Below, one piece after another: positions 62,801 through 64,000 of a stretch of DNA of 64,000 nucleotides. The stretch comes from Candidatus Latescibacterota bacterium. GTDB lineage: Bacteria > Latescibacterota > UBA2968 > GCA-2709665. The DNA is taken from positions 3,736,433 through 3,800,432 of the forward strand of contig OZ242358.1 in NCBI GenBank assembly GCA_965208835.1. Direction: 5' to 3'. The notes beneath the pieces are model-generated. The model made no database searches. It worked only from the letters and a program-made list of their open reading frames with translations, and was not told the origin of the DNA. Position 1 is the stretch's first letter, and each line of letters begins with the position of its first letter. Made by a program: the position numbers and the translations under genes.

Positions 62801-63579
62801 GCGCGAAGGGACATCAGTGCGGCGCCCGGCGCGACGCCGGCGATGCCAACGCCGTTGTCTGTTACAGCCGCGGCAATGCCTGCAACACGGGTGCCATGGC
62901 TGGATTCGTCCATGGGATCGTTGTCGCGCGAGAGATAGTCGCCTTTTGCCGGTAGTGTCGGGGTGTGGGTGAAGTCCCACCCGCGAACGTCGTCAATGTA
63001 CCCGTTGTTGTCGTCGTCAACGCCGGGACGACCGGATGCTTCGACGGTGTTGATCCAGATGTTGTCTGCCAGATCTTCGTGGGTATAGTCCACGCCCGAA
63101 TCGATGATGGCGATGACGACAGGCTGTTCTTCCGGCGGAAGGCCGTCCCGCAGGGCCTGCCACCTGATTTGATCCAGACCGTACTGATCGGGCAGTCGCG
63201 GGTCGTCGGGCGCGTCGTGGTGGTTGAAGAGGTGGATGGGCTGTGCGTAAACGACGTCCGGGTGCTCCGTGTAGGCGGCCGCGGCTTCCACGGGACTTGC
63301 GCCGGGGTCAATCTCAAGGCGGTACACCTGCGCCAGTCCCATGGCACGTTTGGCCGGGACAGCGGGTGGCTGAAAAACGGGCTCGGGGGTGCCGGCGGCA
63401 AAGCGCAGATGCAGGCTTTCCAGGCTTCCCACAGCGGTTTTGGCCGCCGCCGTTCTGAACCTGATAAGAATCTGTCCCGGAGAGTACGCGGGTTGAGCCG
63501 TGGCCGAACTGAGGGCGGGAAACAATATCAAGACTTGAAATATGGCTGATTTCGCCTGCATCCGGATGGTTGGATTCAA
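59845..63579 (-). CDS. Secreted S8 subtilisin-like protease with FG-GAP/VCBS-like repeats, Ig/FN3-like modules and a C-terminal dockerin-like pair
   Basis: 1244 aa with a TTG start; the ATG at 63561 is an alternative. Triad contexts IAIIDSGVDYTHEDL, SHGTRVAGIAA, SGTSFAAPHVAGL. Repeats of the DFDMDGRPE / DANNDGSTD / DVDGDGRNE type. The C-terminus is DFDGSGRVDFTDFLMF...DLDDDGNVAFSDFVRF. Confidence 0.8.
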   Translation of the reverse strand: MNPTIRMQAKSAIFQVLILFPALSSATAQPAYSPGQILIRFRTAAAKTAVGSLESLHLRFAAGTPEPVFQPPAVPAKRAMGLAQVYRLEIDPGASPVEAAAAYTEHPDVVYAQPIHLFNHHDAPDDPRLPDQYGLDQIRWQALRDGLPPEEQPVVIAIIDSGVDYTHEDLADNIWINTVEASGRPGVDDDNNGYIDDVRGWDFTHTPTLPAKGDYLSRDNDPMDESSHGTRVAGIAAAVTDNGVGIAGVAPGAALMSLRAGVTLQSNLTFLEEDDLAAAILYAVENGAHIINMSWGGPESAFLIRDVVRYAAASGLILVSSAGNSGEFGLSYPAAMDETIAVGATAPRDRIAAFSSLGVPLDLVAPGSGTLTTTPGNRYVHASGTSFAAPHVAGLTALILSRRPDLTPEQVRSLLTASVVDLGPEGWDSSSGAGRIDAANLLEKTTGWTDPPVVQIDHPRMDDGARRNVDILARADGPNVAGYELFSGRGEDPQSWNRLSGGPPGSNIRHSWTPGTPADTTVILRLLVRLTDGTTLEDRVRIGILRALPVISRASFAPILIGNRQAYQAEWHTRRPTRGALLFRSSTATREDTLFSDIIYTRHRVTLPPDLAPGPLEYRIMSRDAGGQAVFSEPLTLRVDPLRLSSRGFVEIDTLPDGYLANETADFDMDGRPELVLMPYASGRTYNTNLILERNEDGSFTTIFRTSESFWPLALGDANNDGSTDLLGTRFPRLLLFGGNPFPSEVLLNLDQARGGEIADVDGDGRNEIVTRSADMPGIRILRSTREGAFIGGTPLPNPTEGRNRPGPRFVIADLNGNGRKEILSGDDDGDLWIYEALPGGGFAQTWKLAGSDSTNTQWIGGAADIDNDGDVEFVVARAAEDRNDALNGRWDLEIYSADGLSSYAQEWSIRVSGVISTGNGIATGDVDGNGIPDLAVCLRPDLYLIRATGPDSYEPVWHETVSLTYRPLIADLDRDGYAELLYNRDGAVRLMERTEPGISRILQIVHAYPLGPESVRLAWAPVESGAIYRILRGVDGSMPEAIADKLTTNSYTDTGLAENRVYRYVVIATLPGGDEISSETHVLRPNPAPELDRVEVIHANSLSLEFSEPMSAGTANPNGYSVTPDLGRPTSVTLDRTSQRALLSFFLPFEAGREYSLACSMAADSSGVPLASGFRNVTFTSGQTTFPSAGIADFDGSGRVDFTDFLMFASAFGSTNPRFDLDDDGNVAFSDFVRFALLFGKVV

Positions 63580-63626
63580 GGTCCGGCTCCCGGACTATGT
63601 TCCTTCGTTAACCTGCAAATCCAATG

Positions 63627-63645
63627 GGCCCGGTTTCACCGGGCC
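63627..63645 (-). terminator. GC-rich hairpin between the transporter gene and the S8 protease gene
   Basis: GGCCCGG-TTTCA-CCGGGCC. The T-rich tail (TTTCGTT) is on the plus strand and the minus-strand tail is poor, so its function and orientation are uncertain. Confidence 0.3.
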
Positions 63646-63682
63646 TTTCGTTATGGACGGGATATCCGGCCGGAGGTTCCGT

Positions 63683-64000
63683 TTATGTCGATTGGCGATC
63701 GGGCAATGCTCCTGCGCTTCCCCGATCCGGGGCTCCCGGCAGTGCGGCCACGAGTGCGGCGGAAGGAAGTAAAATGAGGGAGACGCAAGCCAGGGCAAAC
63801 GACATGGATGTACTGTCTGCGAGAAGTCCGATGCCCGGAAGCATAAGGCCCGAAATCCCCCATGCAAAACCCATCACCAGTCCCGTGGCCGTGCTGGCGT
63901 GTTGCGGCAGGATGCGCTGCGCCAGCACAATATTGGTGGTGGCGCCGAGATCGAAGACGAATCCGGCGAAAAGAAAACACAACAGAGAGACGGGCCCCGA
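63683..64000 (-). CDS. C-terminal part of a membrane transporter (MFS-like); the 5' end lies beyond the right edge
   Basis: The frame is open to base 64000 (…SGPVSLLCFLFAGFVFDLGATTNIVLAQRILPQHASTATGLVMGFAWGISGLMLPGIGLLAD). Hydrophobic helices resemble MFS TM10-12. Confidence 0.45.
   Translation of the reverse strand, partial: SGPVSLLCFLFAGFVFDLGATTNIVLAQRILPQHASTATGLVMGFAWGISGLMLPGIGLLADSTSMSFALACVSLILLPSAALVAALPGAPDRGSAGALPDRQST

Noticed and set aside
1-64000. Prophage, genomic-island or defence-island interpretation of the window
   Set aside because: There are no integrase, recombinase, phage structural, toxin-antitoxin or recognisable defence genes, and no flanking tRNA. Housekeeping genes are interspersed throughout. 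The only mobile signatures are the non-autonomous hairpin repeats.

Overview
GC-rich bacterial chromosomal window with about 45 protein genes. I saw no rRNA, tRNA, CRISPR array, transposase, integrase or phage genes. All coordinates were hand-indexed (about +-2 nt) and all homology calls come from motif recognition by eye, with no searches run.

Gene content:
- An outer-membrane and secretion-heavy set: a cargo protein with a T9SS-type C-terminal sorting domain, two PorV/PorQ-like barrels, a CarboxypepD_reg-type TonB-dependent receptor, two GWxTD-like TPR proteins, a HExxH + PD40 + Omp85 fusion, and an S8 protease with FG-GAP and dockerin-like repeats. This suggests an uncultured FCB-superphylum-like lineage (inference only).
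- Housekeeping blocks: yicC-gmk-rpoZ-coaBC-udg-dnaB, era, sucD and rpiA.

Most unusual observations:
1. Dense hairpin-forming MITE-like intergenic repeats.
   - Family 1 is about 160 bp, with 9 copies plus one fragment. Four copies carry 4-bp NTAN target-site duplications, and two abut stop codons.
   - Family 2 is 162-236 bp, with 4 copies in one orientation. Three of them end 15-23 nt from a start codon.
   - There is also a GA/CT-rich inverted element at two loci and a singleton 157-bp palindrome.
2. A 1598-aa fusion of an apparently inactive M28/PA (transferrin-receptor-like) ectodomain to an FtsX-type permease. No ABC ATPase is in the window. It is followed by a 684-aa polytopic protein whose paralog sits in a separate operon.
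3. That separate operon is a six-gene minus-strand unit (GWxTD - DegT aminotransferase - GGT - polytopic protein - class-III aminotransferase - GWxTD).
4. Two intergenic units bracketed by a promoter-like site and an intrinsic terminator, which could be small RNAs or attenuating leaders.
5. A kptA gene directly upstream of a CdaZ/DacZ-type diadenylate cyclase gene.

Long antisense ORFs and repeat-encoded 'peptides' in the ORF track are treated as artefacts.
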